This document shows, one piece after another, positions 49,082 through 59,413 of a stretch of 62,828 nt of DNA. The DNA is taken from contig JAFLSA010000001.1 in the NCBI GenBank assembly GCA_022511185.1, positions 1-62,828 of the forward strand, read 5' to 3'. A program made the translations under genes and the position numbers. Within the stretch, counting starts at the first letter, position 1. The number at the start of each line of letters is the position of its first letter. This stretch comes from Eubacterium sp. (GTDB lineage: Bacteria; Bacillota; Clostridia; Oscillospirales; Acutalibacteraceae). The notes beneath the pieces are model-generated. The model made no database searches. It had not been told where the DNA came from and saw only the letters and a program-made list of their open reading frames with translations.

Positions 49082-50299
49082 TTAATAGTTTGTAACCTTA
49101 ATTATATTGATAACCTCGAGGTCTTTTAGCCTTTCGGTTAATTCATTTTCTGTCATAATGTCTGTAATAAATGCAACCTCGTCAGACGGCTGACCTTGTC
49201 TTGAAAGGAATTTAACGTCTGAGAAAGCACCATTCACCTGATTACAGCTTGCCTTTGCACGAACGTAAAACGGCATTTTAATTGTGCTTTTGTAATCTAC
49301 AACGTAGTCCTCTTCACCGTCACCCCAGCCGAAAATCTTTTTTCTGCCGGTGTGCTTTGCACAGTCAATAATATCTGCAACAACTGCGGAGGCGGTAGGT
49401 AATTTGCCTGCACCCGGACCGTAAAAGCACACGTCACCGACTGCATCCCCTCGAACAAGAACGGCGTTGAAAACATCTTTAACCGATGCAAGCTGTGAGC
49501 CGTTATATACGACCGCAGGGCTTACAAACGCTGCAATCTGATCATCATTGATATACTTTATCTGACCGAGAAGCTTTATAACACCGTCGGCAGAATTGAT
49601 ATACGAAACGTCTTCAAGGGTGATATTTGAAATGCCCTCAGTCTCGACCTGTGACGGATAAACGTGTTTACCAAAAGCAAGGGACGCAAGAATACAAACC
49701 TTACGGCACGCATCGTGACCCTCAACGTCTGCTGTCGGGTCCTTCTCGGCGTATCCCTTTTCCTGTGCGATTTTGAGTGCTTCCTCAAAGGACATACCCT
49801 TTTCAATCATCATTGTAAGGATAAAGTTCGTTGTGCCGTTAAGTATACCTGCTATACCCTCAATATGATTTGCCGCAAGGCACTGCGTAAGCGGTCTGAT
49901 AATCGGAATACCGCCGCCGACAGATGCCTCAATAAGATAATTCGTACCGCTCTCCTCTGCTGCCTTTAAAAGCTCAGGGCCTTTCTGTGCAACAAGCTCC
50001 TTATTTGACGTAACAACGCTTTTGCCTGCTTTTAAAAGTTTCATTGTGAAATCAAAGGCAGGGTTTACGCCGCCCATCGTTTCCGCAACAATTTTAATCT
50101 CAGGATCATTCAAAATATCGTTAAAATCCTTTGTGAACAAATCCTTGTGCACATCATCGGGAAAATCACGCAAATCGAGAATACGTGAAACCTCTAAAGC
50201 CTCGCCGCCTATTTTATCGGGAATACTATCGGCGTGAGTCTCAATAACCTCAACAACTCCGGAACCGACTGTTCCGTAACCCATAACTGCAACCTTCAT
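49082..50299 (-). CDS. hom: homoserine dehydrogenase
   Basis: GYGTVGSG, VVTSNK, EASVGGGIP, GILNGTTN and GAGKLPTASAV motifs. Confidence 0.95.
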   Translation of the reverse strand: MKVAVMGYGTVGSGVVEVIETHADSIPDKIGGEALEVSRILDLRDFPDDVHKDLFTKDFNDILNDPEIKIVAETMGGVNPAFDFTMKLLKAGKSVVTSNKELVAQKGPELLKAAEESGTNYLIEASVGGGIPIIRPLTQCLAANHIEGIAGILNGTTNFILTMMIEKGMSFEEALKIAQEKGYAEKDPTADVEGHDACRKVCILASLAFGKHVYPSQVETEGISNITLEDVSYINSADGVIKLLGQIKYINDDQIAAFVSPAVVYNGSQLASVKDVFNAVLVRGDAVGDVCFYGPGAGKLPTASAVVADIIDCAKHTGRKKIFGWGDGEEDYVVDYKSTIKMPFYVRAKASCNQVNGAFSDVKFLSRQGQPSDEVAFITDIMTENELTERLKDLEVINIIKVTNY

Positions 50300-50302
50300 A
50301 TA

Positions 50303-50737
50303 TTAACCTCCTAAATGAGCTGAGTTCACTCCGTTAATTTTTCTGATATTTTCAAGCATTTCCTGTGCACTTGACTTCATATCAGTCGCCCTGACAGTAA
50401 CGGACACGTCGGCAACTGAATTAACAGGCACGCTCTGGCTGACGGAAAGCACATTCGCGCCTGCTTTATAAAGCTCGTTCATCATTGCTGAAAGCACGCC
50501 TGCATTATCCTTAAGCTTAGCATTGATCGTCACCGTCTCGTCGTTGCTGTCGCCGTTATATTCAAAAATAGCATCCTTGTACTTATAATATGCACTTCTT
50601 GAAATTCCTGCCATTTTTGCCGCCTGTGAAGCAGAAGTCGCCTCACCTGAAGCAAGGTAATTCTTAGCCGCAATAACCTTTGAATAAACAGGTGGAAGTA
50701 TGCTTGAATTGACAAGATAATAATTAACTTTATCCAT
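50303..50737 (-). CDS. ACT-domain DNA-binding regulator (ThrR/PheB-like)
   Basis: LPPVYSKVIAAK...GISRSAYYKYKD HTH plus C-terminal ACT; first gene of the hom-lysC operon. Confidence 0.85.
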   Translation of the reverse strand: MDKVNYYLVNSSILPPVYSKVIAAKNYLASGEATSASQAAKMAGISRSAYYKYKDAIFEYNGDSNDETVTINAKLKDNAGVLSAMMNELYKAGANVLSVSQSVPVNSVADVSVTVRATDMKSSAQEMLENIRKINGVNSAHLGG

Positions 50738-50923
50738 TTGGTTGTCCTCCGTACGCGGACACTTGTTTTGCTGTGAAATACATTTTTAATATATTAGCAA
50801 AAAACCACTAAAGTATCAAGTCTTATTTAAAAAAATTTAACATATTTATTTTATTTTGCCCTTGATAAATGGTAATTCTTGAATTATTATAAAATAAAAG
50901 CAATTTTATAAGGAAGTAAAAAT

Positions 50924-52072
50924 ATGACAGATAAGGTAGAAAAAAGAAAAAGTGCTATAATAAACGTAGCATTTATCGCAATGATTTTAGGACTTGTCTA
51001 TGTATTCTTTAAATACTGCTTTGCGGTTGCGGCACCGTTTTTGCTTTCGTTTTTCTTTGCCGTATTACTGCAAAGACCGCTGAGATGGCTTGATAAAAAG
51101 ACAAAAAACAAGTGCCACACATTGTGGGCAATGCTGCTTGTCCTTGTTTCTTTACTAATAATTCTCGGCCCTGTAATCACAATAATTTCCCTTGCTGCAA
51201 AGGAAATCGGCGGCTTTATATCGTTTCTTACAGGACAGCTCAATGACCTGCCGTCCTTTCTTGCAACGCTCGAAAAGGAGCTTTTAGATTTTCTTGATTT
51301 TTTACCGGACGGTATTTACACCACTGTTTCTGACTCAATTTCTGATTTCTTCGGCAGAACAATTACTAATTTCGATTTAAGCTCACTTGGAATTGATATG
51401 AAGTCTGTCACTAACGGACTTACAGCGGGCCTTGGCGGAATTTTCAGCGTTGTTAAGAATATACCGTCAGCTTTGCTTGGAATCGTTATCGGAATTATTG
51501 CGTGGATATTCTTTACAAAGGATTATAATTTCATTGTCAACTTTATAAAATTACAGCTCCCAAAGGACAAAAAGAACATCCTGGTTGAGATAAAGCAGGT
51601 TTTTTCAAAAACTGTTTTAAAGATGGTAAGAGCATACTCAATTATTATGTTCATCACCTTCTGTGAGATTTTCCTTGGACTTTCAATACTGCGTCTCATA
51701 GGTGTATTTAACAGCGGATATGCCGTTATTATTGCTATCGGAATTGCGGTTTTTGATATTTTGCCTGTTGCCGGCTCAGGCGGTATTCTTATCCCGTGGG
51801 CTGTAATCAGCTTAGTGCTCGGCAACTATTCAATGGCAATCGGTCTTATTGTAATCTATGTGGTTATATCTGTAATCCGCCAGTACATTGAGCCTAAAAT
51901 TGTCGGCTCGTCACTCGGTGTTCATCCGTTAGTTACCCTTGCAGGTCTCTATTTCGGGCTTAAGCTCTTCGGATTCCTTGGTATGTTTATCGTGCCGATT
52001 ACAATAATGACAATCAAAGCGTTTAACGATACAGGCAGAATTCATTTATATAATTCACCTAACAGGAACTAA
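50924..52072 (+). CDS. ytvI: sporulation integral membrane protein YtvI (AI-2E family)
   Basis: PFLLSF...LQRP, FDILPVAGSG.ILIPW and RQYIEPKIVG..LGVHP motifs. Confidence 0.85.
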   Translation: MTDKVEKRKSAIINVAFIAMILGLVYVFFKYCFAVAAPFLLSFFFAVLLQRPLRWLDKKTKNKCHTLWAMLLVLVSLLIILGPVITIISLAAKEIGGFISFLTGQLNDLPSFLATLEKELLDFLDFLPDGIYTTVSDSISDFFGRTITNFDLSSLGIDMKSVTNGLTAGLGGIFSVVKNIPSALLGIVIGIIAWIFFTKDYNFIVNFIKLQLPKDKKNILVEIKQVFSKTVLKMVRAYSIIMFITFCEIFLGLSILRLIGVFNSGYAVIIAIGIAVFDILPVAGSGGILIPWAVISLVLGNYSMAIGLIVIYVVISVIRQYIEPKIVGSSLGVHPLVTLAGLYFGLKLFGFLGMFIVPITIMTIKAFNDTGRIHLYNSPNRN

Positions 52073-52089
52073 AACAGACTGATATAACG

Positions 52090-52120
52090 AAAGCAGGTAG
52101 TGAAAACTACCTGCTTTTTT
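52090..52120. terminator. bidirectional terminator
   Basis: AAAGCAGGTAGT-gaaa-ACTACCTGCTTTTTT. Confidence 0.78.
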
Positions 52121-52871
52121 ATACTTTCCCGATATAAGCAACACTCTTATTTGGCACGCATAATTTTCCGTCCGTGTTATACTTATCAAACAATTCTTCA
52201 AATAACGACATATACTCGTCATATCCTGCATCATTCGGCTTTAGTGAATACGAGCTTGACAGACAACGGTTAATGAATTTTTCTTTATCATAATATAGCG
52301 GATTGTCAAACTCTTTCAGCTCATAGCCTTTATCAAAAAATCTTTTTATACGCTCGTCATCATGGGCAATTCCGCCGTTAAATCCTCTGAATTTGGCACA
52401 ATACTTTTTATATATCTCAGCGCATTTTTGATTGATATCAGCAGATAAATTCCTCGTGTTCCAGATAAGCACAATTCTGCCGTCAGGCTTTAATATCCTT
52501 TTACACTCTTTTTTAAATGCGTCAACGTCAAACCAGTGAAACGCCTGTGCAACCGTTATGAAATCGGCTGAATTATCCTCTAAACAAGTATTATCAGCAG
52601 TACCTTTTACTGAATGGAAATTGTCGCAAGCTTTCAACTCAGCTTCAGCGATAATGCGCATATCATCATTTGGCTCAACGCAGTAAACAAGACTTTTTCT
52701 ATCTAATAACTGACTTGAAAATTTACCCGTACCCGAGCCTATATCAGCAATTGTAGACTTATCAGAAAAGCCGTAATCAGCATAAAGGCTGTCTATTAAG
52801 CTGTCAGCATATATCGGCCTGCCGATAGTGTAATTCTGCGCCAGCTCATTAAAAATTTTCGTACTGTCCAT
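52119..52871 (-). CDS. class I SAM-dependent methyltransferase
   Basis: ADIGSGTG, VEPN, AQAFHWF and RILKPDG motifs. Confidence 0.88.
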   Translation of the reverse strand: MDSTKIFNELAQNYTIGRPIYADSLIDSLYADYGFSDKSTIADIGSGTGKFSSQLLDRKSLVYCVEPNDDMRIIAEAELKACDNFHSVKGTADNTCLEDNSADFITVAQAFHWFDVDAFKKECKRILKPDGRIVLIWNTRNLSADINQKCAEIYKKYCAKFRGFNGGIAHDDERIKRFFDKGYELKEFDNPLYYDKEKFINRCLSSSYSLKPNDAGYDEYMSLFEELFDKYNTDGKLCVPNKSVAYIGKV

Positions 52872-52894
52872 ATTTTCCCTCCCTTTGTGATTAT

Positions 52895-52924
52895 AAAAAA
52901 AGCGTTGCTATCAGCAACGCTTTT
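52895..52924 (-). terminator. terminator of the iol operon
   Basis: AGCGTTGCT-atc-AGCAACGCT with a T-run on the minus strand. Confidence 0.72.
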
Positions 52925-52928
52925 AATA

Positions 52929-53828
52929 TTAAAGTCCTGTGTTTTCTGCGATGTATTTACGAGCCTTGACTGCGTATTCAAACGGATTTGCTTTAGCAGG
53001 GTCCTGCTCTGCTTCAACAACTACCCAGCCCTCGTAATTATTCTCAGCAAGGATATCGAATATCGGCTTGAAATCAACGTCGCCGTCACCCGGTACTGTG
53101 AACACGCCTGCTCTTACAGCATCAAGGAAGGACATATGCTCAGGCACTACCTGATTGTTATAAACGTCAAGTCTTACGTCCTTAAGGTGAACGTGCTTAA
53201 CCCTGTCAACGTATTTCTCAAGCACAGGAACAGGGTCGATACCTGCAAAGGTAAGATGACCTGAATCGAAAAGGAGATAAACAAGCCCGGGGTCGGTAAT
53301 CTCCATAAGCTTATCAATTTCCTCAACGGTCTGAACACCTGTGCCCATATGGTGATGTACAGTAAAGTACATACCCTTTGATTTTGCATAAGCACCCATT
53401 TCGTTAAAGCCTTTAGCAACAATTGCCCACTCTTCATCAGTGTAATAAGGCTTTTCGTCAAGGATTGATTTATCAAGGCAGCCCTGAATTGAATTGCCCT
53501 GCTCAGATGCGCCGATAACCTTTGCACCTAATTTGCAGAGCTTATCGCAATGAGCCTTGAACGCCTCGATTGTTTCCTCATAAGGCTTTGATGTTAAGAA
53601 TGATGAGAACCACGCATTACAAATCTGAAGTCCTCTGATATCAAGATACGGCTTTAAAACGTCAGGGTCAGACGGGTATTTATTACCGATTTCAGAGCCC
53701 TTAAAGCCTGCAAGTGCCATTTCGCTTACGCACTGCTCAAACGTATTTTCTGCACCTAAATCAGGCATATCATCATTTGTCCAGCCGATTGGCGCAATCG
53801 CAAGTTTTACTTTGTTTGGATCTAACAT
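52929..53828 (-). CDS. iolE: myo-inosose-2 dehydratase
   Basis: [32 protein letters not shown] and VEAEQDP motifs; ATG at 53828 after AGGAG. Confidence 0.94.
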   Translation of the reverse strand: MLDPNKVKLAIAPIGWTNDDMPDLGAENTFEQCVSEMALAGFKGSEIGNKYPSDPDVLKPYLDIRGLQICNAWFSSFLTSKPYEETIEAFKAHCDKLCKLGAKVIGASEQGNSIQGCLDKSILDEKPYYTDEEWAIVAKGFNEMGAYAKSKGMYFTVHHHMGTGVQTVEEIDKLMEITDPGLVYLLFDSGHLTFAGIDPVPVLEKYVDRVKHVHLKDVRLDVYNNQVVPEHMSFLDAVRAGVFTVPGDGDVDFKPIFDILAENNYEGWVVVEAEQDPAKANPFEYAVKARKYIAENTGL

Positions 53829-53853
53829 ATTTTTTCTCCTTGTAGGTTTAGTT

Positions 53854-53975
53854 GAATCCCTCCACCGCTTCGCGGTCCCCCTCCCTTTGACAAGGGAGAC
53901 AATATATAATTTCACCTTTTTCGCCCTCCTTGTTAAAGGAGGGAGGGAGCTCGGAACGAGCGGAAGGGAGGATTC
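53854..53975. repeat. REP-like inverted doublet of short GC-rich hairpin units
   Basis: GAATCCCTCC-ACCGCttcGCGGT-..CTCCCTTtgacAAGGGAG, and an imperfect inverted copy ending GGAGGATTC. Confidence 0.65.
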
Positions 53976-53980
53976 CCTAT

Positions 53981-55834
53981 TTAATAGTCAAACGTCTTTG
54001 CAATATTTGCCTGCATATCTTCGTACGCTGCGGCAACTGTTTCTGATTCTGAAACCTCTGCAACGCCGACTCTCCACCAGGACTCAAAGCCCGGTGTCAT
54101 AGTCTTAGGAAGTACCTTTATGTCAAACAGGCATGATACTGTCTGCTTTTTCGCATCTTCGAGTGCAGCACGAAGCTCGTCTGAGGTACGGCAGGTATAG
54201 CCCTTTGCACCATAGCCTTCTGCAATCTTTGCAAAATCAGGGTCAATCTCAGCACCGTCAAGCATACCTGTTACAGGATTTCTTGCACGGAATACTGTAC
54301 CAAATGTATCAGTACCCTGATTATTCTGGAGATTTTCAATACAACCCCAGCCCATATTGTCAAAGAGACAGACGTTGATTTTAAGATTCTCCTGAAGCGC
54401 TGTATAAAGCTCGCTGTGGCCCATAAGGAATGAGCCGTCGCCGCAGAAGGTGTAAACCTCTGACTCAGGCTTTGCGAGTTTTGCACCCAGAGCACCGTTG
54501 ACCTCGTAGCCCATATTGGAATAGCCGTATTCCATATGATATGTGCCTCTGTCCTTAGGTCTGAAGAGCCTTTGCATATCGCCCGGGAGCGAGCCTGCAG
54601 AGCCGAGCGCAATAGCATCATCATCCATAAACTCATTGATTATACCGAGTGCAAGAGTCTGATTAAGTCCGCCCTCAAGCTCAGTTGAATAATACTCATC
54701 AACAATAGCATCCCATTCAGCCTTAGCATCAGCAATTTCGCCTGTATACGCTGACTTGTAGCCGTCACAGGACTCTATAAGTGCTGTAATCGTTTCCTTC
54801 GCATCAGCAATAATTGCCTCTGCATCCATTTTATACGCATCAAACGGACAGATGTTTATACCAAGCACCTTTCTGTTTTCATTGAAGAGCCACTTTGACG
54901 AAGTGGTGAAATCTGAAAAACGAGTACCGACACCGATAACAAGGTCAGCATCCTTTGCAATAACGTTAGCAGCCTTACCGCCCGTTACGCCGATACCGCC
55001 GAGATTAAGCGGATGCTTCCAGTCGATAACTCCCTTACCTGCCTGTGTTTCGCCGATAGGAATATTATATTTTTCAGCAAATTCCTGAAGCTCCTTCTCA
55101 GCCTCGCTGTATCTTACGCCGCCGCCGCAAACGATAATCGGCTTTTTAGCAGACTTGATAAGCTCAGTTGCTCTTTCAAGCTGTGATTTTGACACAGGAC
55201 GTCTGTCCGTATGCCATACACGCTTTGCAAGGAAATGATCAGGATAATCGTATGCCTCGCCCTCAACGTCCTGCGGCATTGCAAGGCAGACTGCGCCTGT
55301 GTCAGCAGGGTCTGTCAGAACACGCATAGCATTAAGGCAAGCCGTCATAAGCTGTTCAGGTCTGTTAATTCTGTCAAAATAGTGGCAAACGCCCTTAAAT
55401 GCGTCTGTTACCGTTCTGCCGTAGTTGTCGAAGAACTCAGCCTGCTGCAAAACAGGGTCAGGCTGACGGCAAGCAAAGGTGTCACCGGGAAGGACAAGAA
55501 GCGGAATTCTGTTAGCAGTTGCACAACCGCAGGCCGTTACCATATTCGTAGCACCGGGACCGATAGAAGAAACGCAAGGGATAATTGCTTTTCTATCCAT
55601 CTGCTTTGCATAAGCAATAGCGGCAAGAGCCATATTCTGCTCATTCTTGCCCTGATAAAATTTCAAGTTATGTCCGCCCTGCTCGAGAGCCTGACCGACA
55701 CCAACAACACAGCCGTGACCGAAGATACCGAAAATTCCGTTGACGAATTTTGTTTCTACTCCGTCACATTCTATGTACTGATTGTCAAGGAACTTAACAA
55801 GTGCCTGTGACATTGTAAGTCTTGTACGTTTCAT
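53981..55834 (-). CDS. iolD: 3D-(3,5/4)-trihydroxycyclohexane-1,2-dione acylhydrolase
   Basis: [36 protein letters not shown] and GDGSF TPP motifs. Confidence 0.95.
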   Translation of the reverse strand: MKRTRLTMSQALVKFLDNQYIECDGVETKFVNGIFGIFGHGCVVGVGQALEQGGHNLKFYQGKNEQNMALAAIAYAKQMDRKAIIPCVSSIGPGATNMVTACGCATANRIPLLVLPGDTFACRQPDPVLQQAEFFDNYGRTVTDAFKGVCHYFDRINRPEQLMTACLNAMRVLTDPADTGAVCLAMPQDVEGEAYDYPDHFLAKRVWHTDRRPVSKSQLERATELIKSAKKPIIVCGGGVRYSEAEKELQEFAEKYNIPIGETQAGKGVIDWKHPLNLGGIGVTGGKAANVIAKDADLVIGVGTRFSDFTTSSKWLFNENRKVLGINICPFDAYKMDAEAIIADAKETITALIESCDGYKSAYTGEIADAKAEWDAIVDEYYSTELEGGLNQTLALGIINEFMDDDAIALGSAGSLPGDMQRLFRPKDRGTYHMEYGYSNMGYEVNGALGAKLAKPESEVYTFCGDGSFLMGHSELYTALQENLKINVCLFDNMGWGCIENLQNNQGTDTFGTVFRARNPVTGMLDGAEIDPDFAKIAEGYGAKGYTCRTSDELRAALEDAKKQTVSCLFDIKVLPKTMTPGFESWWRVGVAEVSESETVAAAYEDMQANIAKTFDY

Positions 55835-55836
55835 AC

Positions 55837-56850
55837 TTATGCCTCAATTTCTGAAAGTTTAACCGGTCTGTTTTCCTTAACTGAAAGCTTTGCGGCAAGG
55901 CCGAGACGAAGAGCCTCCAAGCCATCATAAACAGTTGTCTTGGTATCCTTTCCGTTAAGAACACAGTCAATAAATTCTGTCATCTCATCTGTAAATGAGC
56001 CCATATATCTCTCAAGGAAGAAGTAAAGCGGCTTGTCTGTAACAGCGCCGTTCTCGTCGATAAACTCAACGTGGGTAGGAGTATCGTTTGCTGCACTTGC
56101 CTGACCCTTCTTGCCGAATACCTCAAGTCTCTGGTCATAGCCGTAAGCAGCCTTGCGGCAGTTGTCGATAACACCGATTGCGCCGTTCTTGAACTTAAGC
56201 GTAACAAGTGCTGTGTCAACGTCGCCAGCCTCGCCGATAGCAGGATCAACAGTTACTGCGGCGTTTGCATAAACCTCTTCAACCTCGCCGCCGATAAAGC
56301 GTGCCATATCAAAATCATGAACTGTCATATCAAGGAAGATACCGCCTGATACCTTAACGTATGAAATTGGAGGCGGCTCAGGGTCACGGGAAGTGATTTT
56401 GATCGTCTGAAGCTCACCTAATTTGCCCTCATTTGCAAGGCTCTTAATGCGTGCAAAGTTGTGGTCATAACGGCGGTTAAAGCCGATCTGAAGCTTAACA
56501 CCAGCCTCGTCAACAGCCTTGATAACTGCCTTGATTTTTTCGATAGTCAAATCAACAGGCTTTTCACAGAAGATGTGCTTGCCGGCCTTTGCAGCCTCAA
56601 TCGCAATGTCAGCGTGCGTGTCTGTTGAGGAACAGATAAGAACTGCCGTAATCTCAGGATTATTCAAAATCTCGTGATAATCCTCATAATAATTTGCAAT
56701 ACCAAGCTCTTCTGCAACCTTCTTTGCACCCTCTACATAAATATCAGAGATAGCAACAATTTCAGCCTGCGGGATATGGTATGTAATTGACTTTGCGTGT
56801 ACCTGACCGATACGGCCGGCACCTATGATGCCAACTTTAAGTTTTTCCAT
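55837..56850 (-). CDS. iolG: myo-inositol 2-dehydrogenase
   Basis: GAGRIG, CEKP, GFNRRYD, SGGIFLDMTVHDFD and YGYDQRLEV motifs; start at 56850 best fits RBS spacing (56856 is an alternative). Confidence 0.92.
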   Translation of the reverse strand: MEKLKVGIIGAGRIGQVHAKSITYHIPQAEIVAISDIYVEGAKKVAEELGIANYYEDYHEILNNPEITAVLICSSTDTHADIAIEAAKAGKHIFCEKPVDLTIEKIKAVIKAVDEAGVKLQIGFNRRYDHNFARIKSLANEGKLGELQTIKITSRDPEPPPISYVKVSGGIFLDMTVHDFDMARFIGGEVEEVYANAAVTVDPAIGEAGDVDTALVTLKFKNGAIGVIDNCRKAAYGYDQRLEVFGKKGQASAANDTPTHVEFIDENGAVTDKPLYFFLERYMGSFTDEMTEFIDCVLNGKDTKTTVYDGLEALRLGLAAKLSVKENRPVKLSEIEA

Positions 56851-56889
56851 ATGCATTACCTCTCAAAATAAAAATTTTTTGTCTTATAA

Positions 56890-56918
56890 ATGATAACATA
56901 ACAGAATATATAATTCAA
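56890..56918 (-). promoter_or_regulatory. sigma-A promoter of the iol operon
   Basis: TTGAAT-N17-TATCAT on the minus strand. Confidence 0.55.
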
Positions 56919-56966
56919 TAAGCTAAATAAACAAATGTAAATATTTTTTTATGATAAGCTGAGATA

Positions 56967-56995
56967 TTGCAATAAATTTAAAATATATGTATAAT
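56967..56995 (+). promoter_or_regulatory. sigma-A promoter
   Basis: TTGCAA-N17-TATAAT. Confidence 0.65.
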
Positions 56996-57065
56996 ATATA
57001 CACATTATAATTAAGAGAATGATTTGGCATTTATACATAGAAGGAATTTGAAAAGGAGTCATACT

Positions 57066-59411
57066 ATGCTACGACTTGAAAGCAGAGTGCTTCAGCGTGA
57101 ATTTAAGGTTTACGAGGAAAATCTCTATGCCTCACAGATAAGAAATACACTTTCAAAAATGGACCTGATACCTGACGGCAACAGCGTTGAATTTCTGTTT
57201 CATTTTACAGACGGCACTGAATTTACGTCAAAGGGTCTTAAGGTAACCAACTACAATCAGGAAAATGAAAAGCTGTCCTTCACCTTTGCCGAATGTGATG
57301 GCATTACAGTTACTATGTCACTATGGCCGGGTAAGGACGGAAATACGCTGAAAAAGCAGATTTCATTTACTCAGACAAGCGAAAAAATTATTGATTATAT
57401 CCTTTTGGAGCATATAGGTATCATCAATTCAAAAACGCATTTCTCTGTTCCTACTGATATTGAGGGTAATGAGCTCAACGGCATACACTCTTCACTCGGT
57501 CAGCCGTTTTATATTGACAGCCTTTTCTTCGGCTGTGAGCTGCCTGCTACCCTTAACTCAATAGTATACGGCATCGGTCAGGTGAAATATTATCTCGGTA
57601 AAAGCATCAGCGGAAAATTTGAGTGCCCCGTAACAGTTGTCGGCGGTGCAAAAAGCAACACAATGGTTGATGTGCAAAAGGCTTTCTTTAATTATATCGA
57701 CAGCATTGCCGTGCCGACTGACTTTCGCCTGCAATATAACAGCTGGTATGATCATATGCTTAATATTGATACGGATAATATTGAAAAGTCCTTTTTCGAG
57801 ATTGAAAAGCAGCTGTCTTCAAACGGTATTCCTCCGCTTGATGCGTATGTTATTGATGACGGTTGGAATGATTACAAAGCATCTTTTTGGAGCTTTAATA
57901 AGAAATTCCCTAATCAGCTTTTTGACGCCTCTACTATTACCGCACACTTTGGCTCAAGTCTTGGCCTGTGGCTCGGACCGAGGGGCGGTTATAACTTTCA
58001 GGATAAATTCGCAAAAAGGATTGAGAAAAACGGCAACGGTGCATATAATGCGCAGGCAAGAGATATTTGCATTGCTGATAAGGTTTATCAGAAAAACGTC
58101 CAAGATTTCATACTTAAAGCTACAAGAGATTTCGATTTAAGCTACTGGAAGTTTGACGGCTTTTGCCTTAATCCCTGCACAAATCCTAAGCACAACCATA
58201 TGGTCGGCGGTGAAAATGATATGTACTATTTCACCGAAATGTGGGAGGGCTGGATCCAGATTTTCAAAAATCTGCGACAGCAGAGGAAAAAGCAGGGCAA
58301 GGACATCTGGATAAATATGACCTGCTACGTTAATCCGTCACCGTGGTGGCTGCAATACGTGAACAGTATCTGGCTTCAGAACAGCTCGGACATTGACTTT
58401 GCGGAAAATGTCCCCCATCAGTCACGGCTTGACAGCGAGCTTACCTACCGTGATTCAAGGTATTATGAGGCGCTTTGCACAAGGGCGTGGCAGATACCAA
58501 ACAAATATATTTATAACCACGAGCCTATTTACGGCAACTGTGCTAAGGTGGATTATACCGATGAGGAATTTGAAAAATACCTCTATTTCAACGCTTGCAG
58601 AGGACAGGCGCTTAACGAGTTGCACCTAAGCTACAGCAAAATGAACAAGTCAAAATGGAGAACGCTTGCAACAGTTTTAAGGTGGCAGAAAAGCAACTTT
58701 GACATTCTGCAAAATATGGGCTTTATCGGCGGAAGGCCTGATGATAACAACGTTTACGGTTATTTCGGCTGGACTGAAAAGGGCGACGGCATAATTGCTC
58801 TGAGAAATCCGACTGACGAAAAAGCTCCGCTCACGCTCACCCTCAACAAGCTTATGGGCTGTCCTGAGGATTTAAAAGATGTTAAGAGGTACAACGTTTA
58901 TAACGAAAGCAGTAATGAAAACTTTGACAGTTATTCCTACGGCGATAAGATTGATCTAACCCTCAAGCCATTTGAGATAAAGATATTCCAGTTTGGAAAT
59001 GAGGACAGAAGGTACGATTATCTTAAAAACACAAATGAATTTACTATATCTTTCAAATACAACGGCGAGGAAAATATAGTAATAGCTGAAAATGACGATA
59101 TAAAAATTTGGGTAGAAAAAGGCCTTATCAATATAAATTGCGACGGCTGTGTTATCCGTTCGCAGAGCATTGTAAGCGGTAACAGCCATAAGATTACGAT
59201 AGTCAGAGAAAAGAACACAATGATAAAGCTTTATATTGACAAAAGCCTTGACTGCTCAGCCTACAGCACTGACGTAAAACCTGAAATTTCAACGGAATTC
59301 AAAAGCGATGCTGCGGACTTTTCAGTTAAAAACAAGGCTACCCCTTACGATGAAATTATAACTCTTAAAGAAATATTAAGTAATGTTGGCAAGAAGAGAA
59401 AGAAGAACTGA
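57066..59411 (+). CDS. clan-D (GH36-like) glycoside hydrolase, alpha-N-acetylgalactosaminidase-like, with C-terminal LamG-like segment
   Basis: QYNSWYD, VIDDGW, LGLWLGP.GG and YWKFDG nucleophile motifs; ATG at 57066 after AGGAG; no signal peptide. Confidence 0.72.
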   Translation: MLRLESRVLQREFKVYEENLYASQIRNTLSKMDLIPDGNSVEFLFHFTDGTEFTSKGLKVTNYNQENEKLSFTFAECDGITVTMSLWPGKDGNTLKKQISFTQTSEKIIDYILLEHIGIINSKTHFSVPTDIEGNELNGIHSSLGQPFYIDSLFFGCELPATLNSIVYGIGQVKYYLGKSISGKFECPVTVVGGAKSNTMVDVQKAFFNYIDSIAVPTDFRLQYNSWYDHMLNIDTDNIEKSFFEIEKQLSSNGIPPLDAYVIDDGWNDYKASFWSFNKKFPNQLFDASTITAHFGSSLGLWLGPRGGYNFQDKFAKRIEKNGNGAYNAQARDICIADKVYQKNVQDFILKATRDFDLSYWKFDGFCLNPCTNPKHNHMVGGENDMYYFTEMWEGWIQIFKNLRQQRKKQGKDIWINMTCYVNPSPWWLQYVNSIWLQNSSDIDFAENVPHQSRLDSELTYRDSRYYEALCTRAWQIPNKYIYNHEPIYGNCAKVDYTDEEFEKYLYFNACRGQALNELHLSYSKMNKSKWRTLATVLRWQKSNFDILQNMGFIGGRPDDNNVYGYFGWTEKGDGIIALRNPTDEKAPLTLTLNKLMGCPEDLKDVKRYNVYNESSNENFDSYSYGDKIDLTLKPFEIKIFQFGNEDRRYDYLKNTNEFTISFKYNGEENIVIAENDDIKIWVEKGLININCDGCVIRSQSIVSGNSHKITIVREKNTMIKLYIDKSLDCSAYSTDVKPEISTEFKSDAADFSVKNKATPYDEIITLKEILSNVGKKRKKN

Positions 59412-59413
59412 AG

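Noticed and set aside
53829-53915. N-terminal extension of iolE in the ORF track
   Set aside because: It runs through the REP-like repeat; the ATG at 53828 has a proper AGGAG RBS.
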